Shown here: positions 28,259-38,972 of the stretch, piece by piece
Layout of the letters: each line of letters begins with the position of its first letter
Position numbering within the stretch: position 1 is the stretch's first letter
Source: Candidatus Omnitrophota bacterium
Lineage (GTDB): Bacteria; Omnitrophota; Gorgyraeia; Zapsychrales; Zapsychraceae
Assembly (NCBI GenBank): GCA_023247445.1
Contig: JAHFGL010000003.1
Location: 14,128-78,127, forward strand
Direction: 5' to 3'
Length of the DNA stretch: 64,000 bases
Notes under the pieces: model-generated
What the model saw: only the letters and a program-made list of their open reading frames with translations
The model's database searches: none
Told to the model about the DNA's origin: nothing
Translations under genes and position numbers: made by a program

Positions 28259-29120
28259 AGAAGTTAAATTCCAAATTACAAATCCAAAACCACAAACAAA
28301 TTCTAAATTCCAAACTCCAAATCATAAACGTTTTGGGCTTGGTGTTTGTTTATTGTCTGTGATTTGGAATTTGTGGTTTGTGCTTTTTCTTTCAGGTTGT
28401 GGAACTTTCGGAAATTATAATGCCGCCACGGGCCATCGAGAATTCATCGCCATCCCGACCAATCAAGAAGTTTCCATGGGGCAGGGAATTCATCAAGATA
28501 TTCTTAAGAAATATAGACTTTGTACAGATCAATCCAAGGTTCAACGAGTCGAGCGAATTGGTCTGCGGGTTGCCCAAATCTCGGACCGTCAGGATTATCA
28601 ATACCATTTTTATGTTTTAGAGAGTGATGATCTTAATGCTTTTACTACGCCGGGTGGAAGTGTTTATCTTTATACAGGGTTACTAGATAAGTTAACGACC
28701 GATGATCAAGTGGCGGCTGTTATCGCCCATGAGATCGGTCATTGCGCGGCTCGTCACACGATTAAAAAATATCAAGCGGCGCTTGGTTATCAATTGGTCG
28801 GCAACATTCTTTTAAGCCAAATTCAAGGATCCCAAGCTAAACAAGTTACTTCCTTGGGATCAAATTTAGCGATGAATCTTGTTTTTTCTGCTTATGGCCG
28901 TGGCGATGAATATGAAGCTGATCGTTTGGGTATTAAATATTTGTATTTAGCTGGATATGATTTGGAAGGGATGGTTGAAACGTTGGGGGTATTAAAGCAG
29001 GCCTCCAAAGGCTCTAAACCACCGCTTATTTTAAGCAGTCATCCCTACGTGGAAGATCGTATTGAAGAAGTGAAAAAAGAAATTGTCAAAGTCCGACAAC
29101 AATTTAAAGATGATTCGTAA
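28236..29120 (+). CDS. M48 family metallopeptidase, lipoprotein
   Basis: LSGC lipobox, NAF..PGG, HEIGH, EYEAD, SHP. Confidence 0.9.
   Translation: MWLNLKDREVKFQITNPKPQTNSKFQTPNHKRFGLGVCLLSVIWNLWFVLFLSGCGTFGNYNAATGHREFIAIPTNQEVSMGQGIHQDILKKYRLCTDQSKVQRVERIGLRVAQISDRQDYQYHFYVLESDDLNAFTTPGGSVYLYTGLLDKLTTDDQVAAVIAHEIGHCAARHTIKKYQAALGYQLVGNILLSQIQGSQAKQVTSLGSNLAMNLVFSAYGRGDEYEADRLGIKYLYLAGYDLEGMVETLGVLKQASKGSKPPLILSSHPYVEDRIEEVKKEIVKVRQQFKDDS
28266..28380. repeat. CCAAAT/ATTTGG inverted repeat translated within the M48 N-terminus
   Basis: 17-mer tattgtctgtgatttgg shared with 10750-10766. Confidence 0.7.
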
Positions 29121-29198
29121 AATTCTTTTTTAAACATTTTTTAGCAAAAAAATAATGTTAAGATAAAAACGTTATCCGCGATACAAAGGAAGATTGGA

Positions 29199-29501
29199 AT
29201 GGAACGCATAGGGATCGCCGCCAGCAAAATTTCCAAAGGAAATCTTTTTCTTTATAATCTCAATGTTGTTTTGATCTCATTTTTGTTTTCGTTGTTTATT
29301 TTTGTGATCGCAGGATCAACGGTTCTTTTTGCTCTGATGATCATTGGCTATGTGGCCGGTGAGATTAAGGGGGCTGATTTTGATAAGAAATGGTTTTCGA
29401 TTTTTAGTATTTGTATGGTGACATTAACTATTTTGATTGGCTTATTTAACCTCTTTGCCATTTCAAGGAATTTAAAATTTAAAAAAGGAAAAGGCCTTTA
29501 A
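29199..29501 (+). CDS. small membrane protein
   Basis: Two hydrophobic segments; RBS aggag. Confidence 0.65.
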   Translation: MERIGIAASKISKGNLFLYNLNVVLISFLFSLFIFVIAGSTVLFALMIIGYVAGEIKGADFDKKWFSIFSICMVTLTILIGLFNLFAISRNLKFKKGKGL

Positions 29502-29513
29502 AATCTAAAAACT

Positions 29514-31832
29514 ATGCTCAATAAACACATTGTCTTCAAAGATTTTGTTCAACAGTTATCGATTGGCGCGCTACGTGCATCAGCGACAAAAAAGGCAAAG
29601 GTTTTGTATGCCAATAGCACATTTTGTCAAATGTTTGGCCACAAGGAGCGGGATGTTTGGGATTTATATGTTGAGGAATTGTTTGCAGAACGTCGGCGCT
29701 ATTTGATGTTTAATAAAGATCTGTTAGAGAACAATGTTGTCAAGAACTTTGAGATTCGTTTAAAAGGCCCTGCGAAGAAAACATTTTGGGGTTCGATCTC
29801 TGCTTTAACTGTCTTTGATGATCGAGGAAAGCCAAAATATTTTGATCTAGTCATTGAAGATATTTCGATTCAAAAAAAATATGAGAAGAGTCTTATTGAA
29901 TCAAAAGAATTATTTCAGACGGTCTTTAATAATACCGCGGCCGCCATTACGGTTACTGATAAAGACGAACGAATTATCGCCTGGAATCCTTTTGCTGAAA
30001 AAATGCTTGGATTAACTAAAGAAGAGCTTTTTAATAAACCGGTCAAAGATCTGTATCCTCCCAAAGAATGGCGTCGAATTCGAGCCTTTCGTATCCGTCA
30101 ACGAGGGATGCTTGCTGATATTGAAATCAAAATTTATAAAAAAAGCAATGGCACGCTTGATGCCAGCTTGTCAATTTCTGTTCTTAAAGATTCTGAAGGT
30201 AATGTGATTGGATCGATCGGAATTATTCGTGACATCACCGCGCAAAAAGCAGCGGAACGCAGAATTAAAGATTCAGAAAACAAGATTCGTGTCATTCTTG
30301 ATAACTCAGCGGCCGCCATCACCTTAATTGATGAGAAAGAACGGATTATTTCTTGGAATAGGTTCACCGAACATTTGTTGGGGATGAAAAGAAGCGATCT
30401 TTATTTAAGGCCGGTCAGCACTCTTTATCCAGAAGAAGAGTGGAAGAAGATTCGCGCTGAAAATATTCGTACAATTGGATCCAAACATCATTTAGCGACT
30501 AAGGTGATTAATAAAAGGGGTAATATTATTGATATTGACCTTTCTATTAACGTTTTGCGTGACTCCCAGGATAAGATTGTTGGGTCTGTTGGGATTATGC
30601 AAGATATTACTGAGCAAAAGCGTTTCCAGGAAATATTGATTCAAGCAAAGTTAGCTGCGGAGGAGGCCAATAGCGCCAAATCACTTTTCTTAGCCAATAT
30701 GTCGCATGAAGTTCGTACCCCGATGAATACAATTCTCGGCATGATTGATTTAACGCTAGATACGACCTTGGATGAGGAGCAGCGCGATAATCTCGTCGTG
30801 GCTAAAGAGGCCGCTGGTAATTTGCTGAGCCTTATCAACGACATTTTAGATCTTTCCCGTGTTGAGTCAGGAAAACTTACGTTAGAAAATATTGAATTTC
30901 ATTTACCTAATATTTTAAAGAATGTTTGTAAGGGGCTATCCGTTTTAGCGCGTGGCAAAAATTTAGAATTAATTCTAAAAATTCATCCCGATGTCCCTGA
31001 ACTTCTAGAAAGTGATCCTGTGCGACTGCGGCAGATTTTGATTAACTTAATTAATAACGCGATCAAATTTACACCCAAAGGAAAAATTGTTATTGAGGTT
31101 AAGGCTTCGGCAAAAACGGATCAAGAGATTACGCTCACATTTGCCGTCATTGATCAAGGAATTGGAATCGCCAAGGACAAACAAGATTTTATCTTTGAGG
31201 CTTTTACTCAAGCGGATACCTCGACAACCCGGCGTTTTGGCGGCACGGGTCTTGGGCTTGCCATTTCTAAGCGGTTAGTGGAAATGATGGGTGGGCGCAT
31301 TTGGGTTGAGAGTGAAGAAGAAAAAGGAAGCACATTTTATTTTACTGGAGTTTTCAAATATAAAGATAAAGCGTCTTCAGCTGTTTTAACGGAGGAAGAA
31401 TCTCCCGCAGGCATTGAAGATCCGGTGTTAGCCCAACGTATTAAAAGTTTACGGATTCTTTTAGCAGAAGACAATATTGTTAATCAGAAAATTTCGATGC
31501 GTTTATTAGAGAAGCAAGGTTGGCATGTAGTGACGGTTGATAATGGCAAGGAAGTTGTTGATCGCATGAGTAAGGATCATTTTGATATTGTCCTTATGGA
31601 TGCCCAAATGCCTATTTTGGATGGTTTTGAGGCGACAAAAATTATCCGTGATAATGAAAAGCATACGGGTAAACATATCCCCATCATTGCCTTAACAGCC
31701 CGTGCCATGCAGGAAGACCGTAAGCGTTGTTTAGATGCGGGAATGGATGGATATGTGGCGAAACCCATCGATCGCAAAAAACTTTTTGAAGAAATCATCA
31801 ATGTTTTTAAAAAAGGAATTGTTCATGAATGA
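29514..31832 (+). CDS. cytoplasmic hybrid histidine kinase (3 PAS, HisKA, HATPase, REC)
   Basis: [36 protein letters not shown]. Confidence 0.92.
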   Translation: MLNKHIVFKDFVQQLSIGALRASATKKAKVLYANSTFCQMFGHKERDVWDLYVEELFAERRRYLMFNKDLLENNVVKNFEIRLKGPAKKTFWGSISALTVFDDRGKPKYFDLVIEDISIQKKYEKSLIESKELFQTVFNNTAAAITVTDKDERIIAWNPFAEKMLGLTKEELFNKPVKDLYPPKEWRRIRAFRIRQRGMLADIEIKIYKKSNGTLDASLSISVLKDSEGNVIGSIGIIRDITAQKAAERRIKDSENKIRVILDNSAAAITLIDEKERIISWNRFTEHLLGMKRSDLYLRPVSTLYPEEEWKKIRAENIRTIGSKHHLATKVINKRGNIIDIDLSINVLRDSQDKIVGSVGIMQDITEQKRFQEILIQAKLAAEEANSAKSLFLANMSHEVRTPMNTILGMIDLTLDTTLDEEQRDNLVVAKEAAGNLLSLINDILDLSRVESGKLTLENIEFHLPNILKNVCKGLSVLARGKNLELILKIHPDVPELLESDPVRLRQILINLINNAIKFTPKGKIVIEVKASAKTDQEITLTFAVIDQGIGIAKDKQDFIFEAFTQADTSTTRRFGGTGLGLAISKRLVEMMGGRIWVESEEEKGSTFYFTGVFKYKDKASSAVLTEEESPAGIEDPVLAQRIKSLRILLAEDNIVNQKISMRLLEKQGWHVVTVDNGKEVVDRMSKDHFDIVLMDAQMPILDGFEATKIIRDNEKHTGKHIPIIALTARAMQEDRKRCLDAGMDGYVAKPIDRKKLFEEIINVFKKGIVHE

Positions 31833-32178
31833 TGAGATATTAGATTTGAATGAGTTTTTAGAAAGAGTTCAAGACGATAAAGAATTATTGCTTGAACTTT
31901 TTGATATTTTTATCGCTGACTACAAAGAAAAAAGTCAATTGCTGCAAACAGCCATCGACACCAATAATTATGAGCAAATTAAAAATATTGCCCATTCGCT
32001 GAAAGGATCATCAGGAAATATTTCAGCAAAACTCTTGCGGGCAAGCTGTTTAAAGTTAGAAGAGATAGGGAAAAATGGTGACTTGGCGCAAGCCAAGGAA
32101 TATTTGATTCAGATGGATAAACACTTTCAAGATCTTTTAGTTCGTATTGAGGCCACTAAGCAACAGTTAAAGAGTTGA
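31825..32178 (+). CDS. Hpt domain protein
   Basis: AHSLKGSSGNI. Confidence 0.9.
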   Translation: MNDEILDLNEFLERVQDDKELLLELFDIFIADYKEKSQLLQTAIDTNNYEQIKNIAHSLKGSSGNISAKLLRASCLKLEEIGKNGDLAQAKEYLIQMDKHFQDLLVRIEATKQQLKS

Positions 32179-34046
32179 AAAATCCTTTTCTATCAGAACT
32201 TCAGTTGCGTCTTAAAGCCTTAACTCAAAGGCGAATAACCATTATTTTATGCGTGGTGGGATTCTTGGCGTATGCCAATGCTATTCCACATCCTTTTGTC
32301 CACGATGATGTTGTTTTTATCCAGCAGAATCCTCACATCGCTGATTTAAATTTAAAAAATATTTTTTGGCAAACAATCCCTCAGCATGGGCAACTCGGCT
32401 TCATTAATAATTATTATCGTCCGCTTTTAGAGTTTTTTAACCGTCTTCAATATCAAATCTTTCATCTTAATCCATACGGATATCATTTAACCAATGTTGT
32501 GATTCACTTGATCAACGGACTTTTGGTTTATCAACTTGTTTATCTTTTAAGAAAAAGAAGGGCGTTGTTGTTTAAAGATGCGGCTTGGATTTCTGAGGAT
32601 GGGTGGGACAAAGGGTTTGCGTTAACAGCGGCTTTACTATTTTTAGTTCATCCTGCTCAATCGGAGGCGGTGGCTTGTATTTCCGGGATCTCCAATCTTT
32701 TAAATACGCTATTATCTTTTGGAGTGCTTTATTTGTATTTAACTTCTTTTGGTGATGATAAAAAGCGTAATTTGACTAGATATGCTTGGTCGCTGGTTTT
32801 GTACTTTTTGTCTTTGTTATCCAAAGAACAGTCGGCAATATTGCCACTGATTATTGTTTTGTGTGAATGGGCATTACCAGCCCGCGGGCAGAATCAATCA
32901 AGTAAGGCTTTAAAGTTAAGTGGTTATTTTCTCATCGTAGGATTTTATTTCTTAATGCGGCAGGCCATTTTGGGGCATTTTTTAACACCGCCGTTGGATT
33001 CTCCCGCTGAGATGCAACTACGTTTGTTAGCTTTACCGAGAATATTTTTTACATACCTTGGTATTCTTTTTGTCCCACATGATTTGCACTATTACCGCTG
33101 TCTCGATTTTCTTAAGCCATATATATTTTCTCTCGTTTTTTTCTCTTTGTTTATCATCGTCATTGGACTACTCATCAAATTGATAGCCCCAGCCCGGCGT
33201 AGATTATTGTTTTTTGGATTGGGATGGTTTTTGATCGCCCTTTTGCCTGTGCTTAATATTTTTCCGTTGGTTAATGAATATTCTCTTTTATTAACGGCCG
33301 AACATTTCCTCTATTTTGCCATTGTTGGAATGATTATTTTTATCTTAAGCCTAGGTGAATCCTGGATTGAAAGTGTTAGGAAGATGGAGGCGGTCTATAT
33401 TGTTTCCATGATACTCGTCAGCGTCCTTGTCACGTTTTTTTTAATGACGATTAAACAAAATACTTATTGGCGAGGAGAAATTCCGCTTTTTAAAAGAACG
33501 ATTAAGTATGAACGCAATTTTGGTCGAGCCCGTATTCTTTTGGCCAAGGCCTATGCGCGCAGTGGCCAATATGAGGAAGCCATAAGGCAATACGGCTGGG
33601 CGTATGACATCATGAAAAAATATGCCGATAAAGTAAAAGATGAAAAGATAAAGGCCTTTTATTTAGACTATATTAAGGAAATATATTTGGATTTAGCCCA
33701 TTGTCATGAAGCGATGGGAGATTTTGAAGCGACCGCCAAGTATTATCTTAAAGTCATTCAAATCGATCCTCAGAATAGTTTTCTTTACAGTAATTTGGGT
33801 CTTAATTATTTAAAGATTAATAATATCAATAAGGCTCTTGGCGCTTTTGAAAAAGCGGTTGCGTTAAATGATAATGATTTAATGGCCAAGAATAGTTTGG
33901 CTATTTGCTATAAAGAGGTCGGACGATTAGAAGAGGCCCAAGAGCTTTTGCGCGAGATTGTTGAACGTGATCCACAGTCTGCCTCAGCTAAACAAAATTT
34001 AGAAAATCTTATTTCTCCCAGTAATTTATCAAATGAGACACCATAA
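32175..34046 (+). CDS. TMTC-like GT-C glycosyltransferase with C-terminal TPRs
   Basis: FVHDD...NP, YYRPL, YHLTN..IH, HP..SEAV, SKE, AEHFLY; TPRs. Confidence 0.85.
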   Translation: MKNPFLSELQLRLKALTQRRITIILCVVGFLAYANAIPHPFVHDDVVFIQQNPHIADLNLKNIFWQTIPQHGQLGFINNYYRPLLEFFNRLQYQIFHLNPYGYHLTNVVIHLINGLLVYQLVYLLRKRRALLFKDAAWISEDGWDKGFALTAALLFLVHPAQSEAVACISGISNLLNTLLSFGVLYLYLTSFGDDKKRNLTRYAWSLVLYFLSLLSKEQSAILPLIIVLCEWALPARGQNQSSKALKLSGYFLIVGFYFLMRQAILGHFLTPPLDSPAEMQLRLLALPRIFFTYLGILFVPHDLHYYRCLDFLKPYIFSLVFFSLFIIVIGLLIKLIAPARRRLLFFGLGWFLIALLPVLNIFPLVNEYSLLLTAEHFLYFAIVGMIIFILSLGESWIESVRKMEAVYIVSMILVSVLVTFFLMTIKQNTYWRGEIPLFKRTIKYERNFGRARILLAKAYARSGQYEEAIRQYGWAYDIMKKYADKVKDEKIKAFYLDYIKEIYLDLAHCHEAMGDFEATAKYYLKVIQIDPQNSFLYSNLGLNYLKINNINKALGAFEKAVALNDNDLMAKNSLAICYKEVGRLEEAQELLREIVERDPQSASAKQNLENLISPSNLSNETP

Positions 34047-34048
34047 TT

Positions 34049-34729
34049 ATGACAACTATTAATATTGTTATCGGCATTGGAATTCTTTTTATATTGGTTT
34101 TGTTGGTGGGTCTTTTTTTTATGCCGACTGAAAAGAAAGTTGAGAAGAAAAAGAAAAAAGAGAAGACTGAACCCGAAGCTGACACGAAAGATTGGCAGCA
34201 AACGGTTACGAAGCTTCAGCACCATGTTCAATCGCTCCATAAACAAATTGAGGATCTTGACCGCAGCGTCAAATCAAAAGATAAGCAACTTATCATCGAG
34301 ATAGCTAAGGCCAAGAAGTTACAAGAAAAAATAACGCAAGAGCGCAGTTGGCATGAAAAAGAAAAGTCTGAGGTGGATCGTAAAGGAGGCGAGTTTAAGA
34401 AATTGCAGGACGAACTTGCTAAGTCACAAGATCATTTTTCAAAAGAACATGCTTTAACACTGCGTTTGGAACAGGAACTTAAAGAGCTTAGATTGGTGAT
34501 GGATTCTACGAATAGTCAACGGCGTGCCGCTGAAGCCGAGAGTGCGCAACTAAAAGCTCAAGTTGAAAGTTATCGTAAAGACACAGCGCAGTTACGTAGA
34601 GAAAATACGGAATTATCCAAGAAAAAAGAAGATGCCTCGTGGATTGCGAAATCTGAATATGAGCGCGTTGAGAAATTGTTGAGGGAAAAGGAAAAAGAAT
34701 TTGAGCGCATCAAGCGAGAGGCCAGTTAG
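34049..34729 (+). CDS. membrane-anchored coiled-coil protein
   Basis: N-terminal TM then long charged helix. Confidence 0.7.
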   Translation: MTTINIVIGIGILFILVLLVGLFFMPTEKKVEKKKKKEKTEPEADTKDWQQTVTKLQHHVQSLHKQIEDLDRSVKSKDKQLIIEIAKAKKLQEKITQERSWHEKEKSEVDRKGGEFKKLQDELAKSQDHFSKEHALTLRLEQELKELRLVMDSTNSQRRAAEAESAQLKAQVESYRKDTAQLRRENTELSKKKEDASWIAKSEYERVEKLLREKEKEFERIKREAS

Positions 34730-35885
34730 ATTTGCCAAGCGAACGAATTGGATTCTGTCGTCGAATGAGCTCATGACGGCTTTGCAAAAGCTGCGTGATG
34801 AGAAGGTCACGATTTTTGATCTGACGGAATCTAATCCTACCCGATGTCAGTTTAAATATCCCCAAGATAAAATCTTAAGCGCGTTAGCGTCAGTAAAAAA
34901 TTTAGCGTATGAACCAAATCCACGCGGTTCGCTTGCGGCTCGTGAAGCGATTGCGAAATATTATCAAGCGAAGAAGTTTGACGTTTCCCCCGAAGAAATA
35001 TTTCTAACGTCCAGCACATCAGAAGGTTATTCGTATCTGTTTCGATTATTGGCCGATGTTGATGATGAGGTTCTTTTTCCCCAGCCAAGTTATCCGCTTT
35101 TTCAATATTTGGTTGATTTAAATGACCTTAAAATAAATTTTTATCCGCTGACATATGCCGATAGTTGGCACATGAATTTGGAACAGTTGGATGGACAGAT
35201 TAACAGCAAAACCAAAGCGATCGTTGTGGTTAATCCGAATAATCCAACGGGTTCTTTTATAAAAAAGAGTGAACTAAAACAACTTAGTGCCATTTGCAAA
35301 CAAAGAAATATTCCAATTATCGCGGATGAGGTCTTTTATGATTTTGGTTTTGATGATTCACCAGAGGAGAGTTTGGTCAATAACCACGAGGTGTTGACAT
35401 TTGTTTTAGGCGGCGTTTCTAAAACGTTAGCTCTTCCTCAAATGAAATTGTCATGGATTATTGTTAAAGGCCCCAAAGAATTAGTTAAAGCAGCTAACGA
35501 ACGATTGGAAATTATTGCCGACACGTATTTATCTGTTAATGCGCCAACACAAAATGCTTTTAGTGAATGGTTATTATTAAAAGATGAGATTCAGAATGAA
35601 GTTAGAGAACGTTTAAAAAGAAATTATGATTTTATTAAGAAAGAAGTGGCTCAATCGAAAAGTTGTCAGCTTCTTAAGACAGAAGGTGGTTGGTATGCGG
35701 TTTTACGATTACCAGATGATATTGATGAAGAAGATTTTGTGTTGCAATTATTAAGAGAAGATCATGTTTTTGTTCATCCTGGATATTTCTTTGATTTTGA
35801 AGAAGGGGCACATTTGGTTTTAAGCCTTCTTGCGCCTTTTGATATTTTTTGCGATGGTGTCAAAAGGCTGGTAAATAGAATCTAG
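34701..35885 (+). CDS. class I/II PLP-dependent aminotransferase
   Basis: NPNNPTG, DEVFYD, GVSKTL. Confidence 0.9.
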   Translation: MSASSERPVRFAKRTNWILSSNELMTALQKLRDEKVTIFDLTESNPTRCQFKYPQDKILSALASVKNLAYEPNPRGSLAAREAIAKYYQAKKFDVSPEEIFLTSSTSEGYSYLFRLLADVDDEVLFPQPSYPLFQYLVDLNDLKINFYPLTYADSWHMNLEQLDGQINSKTKAIVVVNPNNPTGSFIKKSELKQLSAICKQRNIPIIADEVFYDFGFDDSPEESLVNNHEVLTFVLGGVSKTLALPQMKLSWIIVKGPKELVKAANERLEIIADTYLSVNAPTQNAFSEWLLLKDEIQNEVRERLKRNYDFIKKEVAQSKSCQLLKTEGGWYAVLRLPDDIDEEDFVLQLLREDHVFVHPGYFFDFEEGAHLVLSLLAPFDIFCDGVKRLVNRI

Positions 35886-35953
35886 CGGCCGTATTTTAAG
35901 GCTTGAAAAGTTCTTTCAATTTGGTAAGATGAGTCAAATTTGAGGAGAGAAAA

Positions 35954-36430
35954 TTGATGACTAAACGCCCTGATTGGGATGAATATTTTTTGAAGTTAGC
36001 GATGCTGGCCTCTGAACGCGCCACATGCCCGCGGATGCATTGCGGCTGTGTCTTGGTTAAAAATAAAAATGTTATTGCCACAGGTTATAATGGTTCGATT
36101 CCCGGCGATGATCATTGTGAAGATGCTGGATGTATGGTGGTCGACAATCATTGTGTACGTACAGTTCATGCGGAGATGAATGCGCTTATCCAAGCCGCTC
36201 GGCGTGGTCATGCGGTTGATGGCGCAACGGCCTACATCACGAATATGTCATGCACAACCTGTGCGAAGGCGCTTATTATCGGTGGAGTCACACGTGTTGT
36301 TGTCTTTTCTGATTATCATGATACGCTTGCCACTGAATTTTTTGCCAAAGCGGGTGTCAAAATTGATAAGCATGCGATTCCCTCGAAAGAGATTAGTTAT
36401 AACCTGAAAGATTATTCTTCAGCTCGCTAA
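35954..36430 (+). CDS. dCMP deaminase / ComEB family
   Basis: RPDWDEYF, ATGYNG, HAEMNA, CTTC. Confidence 0.9.
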   Translation: MMTKRPDWDEYFLKLAMLASERATCPRMHCGCVLVKNKNVIATGYNGSIPGDDHCEDAGCMVVDNHCVRTVHAEMNALIQAARRGHAVDGATAYITNMSCTTCAKALIIGGVTRVVVFSDYHDTLATEFFAKAGVKIDKHAIPSKEISYNLKDYSSAR

Positions 36431-36461
36431 GCGAGACAGGCATTGAATGGAATCTAATTTT

Positions 36462-36490
36462 ATAGGCAACCGATTAAGGGTTGCCTATTT
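36462..36490 (+). terminator. intrinsic terminator hairpin
   Basis: ataggcaacc-gattaag-ggttgcctat-tt. Confidence 0.55.
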
Positions 36491-36521
36491 GGTCTGTATC
36501 AAGTAGGAGCTATGAACCAAT

Positions 36522-36917
36522 ATGCCAGATATCAAAATATTAATGGCGGATGATGAACCGGATGTTTTAGCCATTCTGGCCAAGAAAGTGGCTAAGGAAG
36601 GTTACTTCGTCTTGACGGCCAAAGATGGAGAAGAGGCTTGGCAAAAGATTCAAATGGAATCTCCCGATATTATTATTTTGGATTTGACGATGCCAAAGAA
36701 GGATGGCTTGGAAATTCTAAGAGATCTGCGGGCCAATCCTCCGTCAAGCAAATGGCAGGCGGTTATCATTGTTTCTGCACGTGATGAACTGGAAGATATG
36801 CAAAAAGGATATTCTTTGGAAGCAGATCACTACATCTCCAAGCCCTGCACCGTAGAAGATATTCTAAAAGCCATTCGGCTGATGATCGCGTTAATTCCTC
36901 AGCGTAAATCCAAATGA
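36522..36917 (+). CDS. single-domain response regulator
   Basis: ADDE, LDLTMP, SA, KP. Confidence 0.9.
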   Translation: MPDIKILMADDEPDVLAILAKKVAKEGYFVLTAKDGEEAWQKIQMESPDIIILDLTMPKKDGLEILRDLRANPPSSKWQAVIIVSARDELEDMQKGYSLEADHYISKPCTVEDILKAIRLMIALIPQRKSK

Positions 36918-36944
36918 GAAGGTTCATTTAAGAAATAACAGAGG

Positions 36945-37754
36945 ATGAAAATTTTTATCTACATTATTATTGGCGCAGGACTAATCATTGCGTACGTGCG
37001 CTTTTTAGAAAAGAAAATGGTTTTTGTACCATCGCGTGTTTTAGCGCATCGTCCTTTAGATATTGGGTTAGCTTATGACGATGTTTCTTTGACGACAGAA
37101 GATGGGGTTAAGCTCAATGGTTGGTTTATTAAGTCTTCTGACACGAACATAAATAGCACGCTTGTTTATTTTCATGGCAACGCAGGAAATATTGGTGATC
37201 GATTAGACAAGATTGGGATTTTTGCAAGGCTTGGGCTTAATGTTTTTATTATCGATTATCGGGGTTACGGCAAAAGTCAAGGCCGGCCAAGCGAAGAGGG
37301 AGCCTACAAGGATGCCTTGGCGGCGTATGATTATTTATTACGGCGCGATGATATCGATCCCAAGAAAATAATTGGATATGGGGGTTCCTTGGGTGGCGCC
37401 ATTGCCATTGACCTGGCAACGAAGCGTCCGGTTGCGGCGCTTATTGTTGATTCGTCCTTTAGCTCTGCTGCGGATATGTCGAAACGTATTTTTCCGTTTC
37501 TTCCGACGGCCATCTTAAGCACAAAGATGGATTCACTATCAAAGGTAAAAAACATAACGGCGCCTAAATTATTTATTCATAGCCGTGAAGATACGGTTGT
37601 GCCGTTTGTATTTGGAGAAAAATTGTATCAAGCGGCGGCCGCGCCAAAAGAATTCCTAGAAATTAAGGGCGGACATAATGATTCACATTTATTTGATCAG
37701 GACAATTTTGAAGGTGGCATTCGGAGTTTCTTGAAGAGTTTAAATTTAATTTAA
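36945..37754 (+). CDS. alpha/beta hydrolase (ABHD13/BEM46-like)
   Basis: HGNAGN, DYRGYG, GGSLGG, GGHN. Confidence 0.88.
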   Translation: MKIFIYIIIGAGLIIAYVRFLEKKMVFVPSRVLAHRPLDIGLAYDDVSLTTEDGVKLNGWFIKSSDTNINSTLVYFHGNAGNIGDRLDKIGIFARLGLNVFIIDYRGYGKSQGRPSEEGAYKDALAAYDYLLRRDDIDPKKIIGYGGSLGGAIAIDLATKRPVAALIVDSSFSSAADMSKRIFPFLPTAILSTKMDSLSKVKNITAPKLFIHSREDTVVPFVFGEKLYQAAAAPKEFLEIKGGHNDSHLFDQDNFEGGIRSFLKSLNLI

Positions 37755-37769
37755 AGTTTGATTAAGATC

Positions 37770-38972
37770 ATGAATCAATTTTTAAAAACGAAGAAAACGC
37801 AAATCATTGGTCCTGATAATAAACCGATTACGCTTCGAGGTGTCAATTTCGGCGGGTGGCTGATGATGGAGGCCTATATTCTTTATGCGCCCAATAATCC
37901 GGAACGAGGGTTCAAGGAAGATTTTGCCAAAAAGTTAGGGCCCGCCGCGCTTAAATCATTTGAGAAAAATTTTCGCGCCAATTTTGTTTGTGAAGATGAT
38001 TTTAAGAATATTGCCCAGCTTGGATTTAATTGTGTCCGCGTGCCGTTTAACCATCGCCTTGTTGAATCGACACCGTATCATTATTCTAAGGAAGGCCTAA
38101 AAGTTTTGGATGATGTGCTCGCGTGGGCCAAGAAATATAAAGTTTATGTTATCTTGGATCTTCACGGCGCAGCTGGGTGTCAAAATCACGATTGGCACTC
38201 TGATAGTTTTGGCAAAGCCGAGCTTTGGACGAACAAAGTTTATCAAAAACGAACCTTAGCCCTTTGGAAATTTATTGCTGACCGTTATAAAAATGAACCA
38301 TATTTGGCTGGATATGATTTACTCAACGAATCGATACTTACTGACACAAAGCTTTTGAATAGATTTTATAAGGAGATTATTGGCGGCATTCGCCACGTTG
38401 ATAAAAATCATATTTTATTTATCGAGGGAAACCGTTGGGCGCAAGATATTGAGTGCTTGGAAGAATTTGATGATGATAATTATGCCTTGAGTATTCATAA
38501 TTATGAGCCGATTGATTTTACATTTAACTTTGTGCCGCAGTTGTCGTATCCACTCAAATCGAAACAGGGGAGTTGGGATAAAAAGACAACGTATCAACAT
38601 TTATTAAAGCATAAAAAGTTATCAGATGCGCGCGGCGTGCCGATTTTCGTTGGAGAATTTGGCATTAATGCCCGTAATAGTTTTTATGGTGAAGATAAAT
38701 GGCTCGATGACACACTTCGTTGTTATAAAGAACTTGGTTTTCATTGGACTTATTGGACTTATAAAGCGATTAAGAATTTTGTTTTTCCCGATGGGGTTTA
38801 CAGTTATCTTAGCAATCCGCCGTGGGTCAATCGTGTTGGCCCCAAGATGGGTTGGGATACGTTCGCCAGCCACTGGCCTACACGACAAAAAGAGATGATT
38901 GAATCATGGCAGACCAAGAATTTTGAACCAAATACAGCCGTACTTAAAACATTACAAAAATATGCTCGATAA
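37770..38972 (+). CDS. glycoside hydrolase family 5
   Basis: GVNFGGWL..E, VRVPF, DLH, LLNE, VGEFG, WTYWTYK. Confidence 0.88.
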   Translation: MNQFLKTKKTQIIGPDNKPITLRGVNFGGWLMMEAYILYAPNNPERGFKEDFAKKLGPAALKSFEKNFRANFVCEDDFKNIAQLGFNCVRVPFNHRLVESTPYHYSKEGLKVLDDVLAWAKKYKVYVILDLHGAAGCQNHDWHSDSFGKAELWTNKVYQKRTLALWKFIADRYKNEPYLAGYDLLNESILTDTKLLNRFYKEIIGGIRHVDKNHILFIEGNRWAQDIECLEEFDDDNYALSIHNYEPIDFTFNFVPQLSYPLKSKQGSWDKKTTYQHLLKHKKLSDARGVPIFVGEFGINARNSFYGEDKWLDDTLRCYKELGFHWTYWTYKAIKNFVFPDGVYSYLSNPPWVNRVGPKMGWDTFASHWPTRQKEMIESWQTKNFEPNTAVLKTLQKYAR

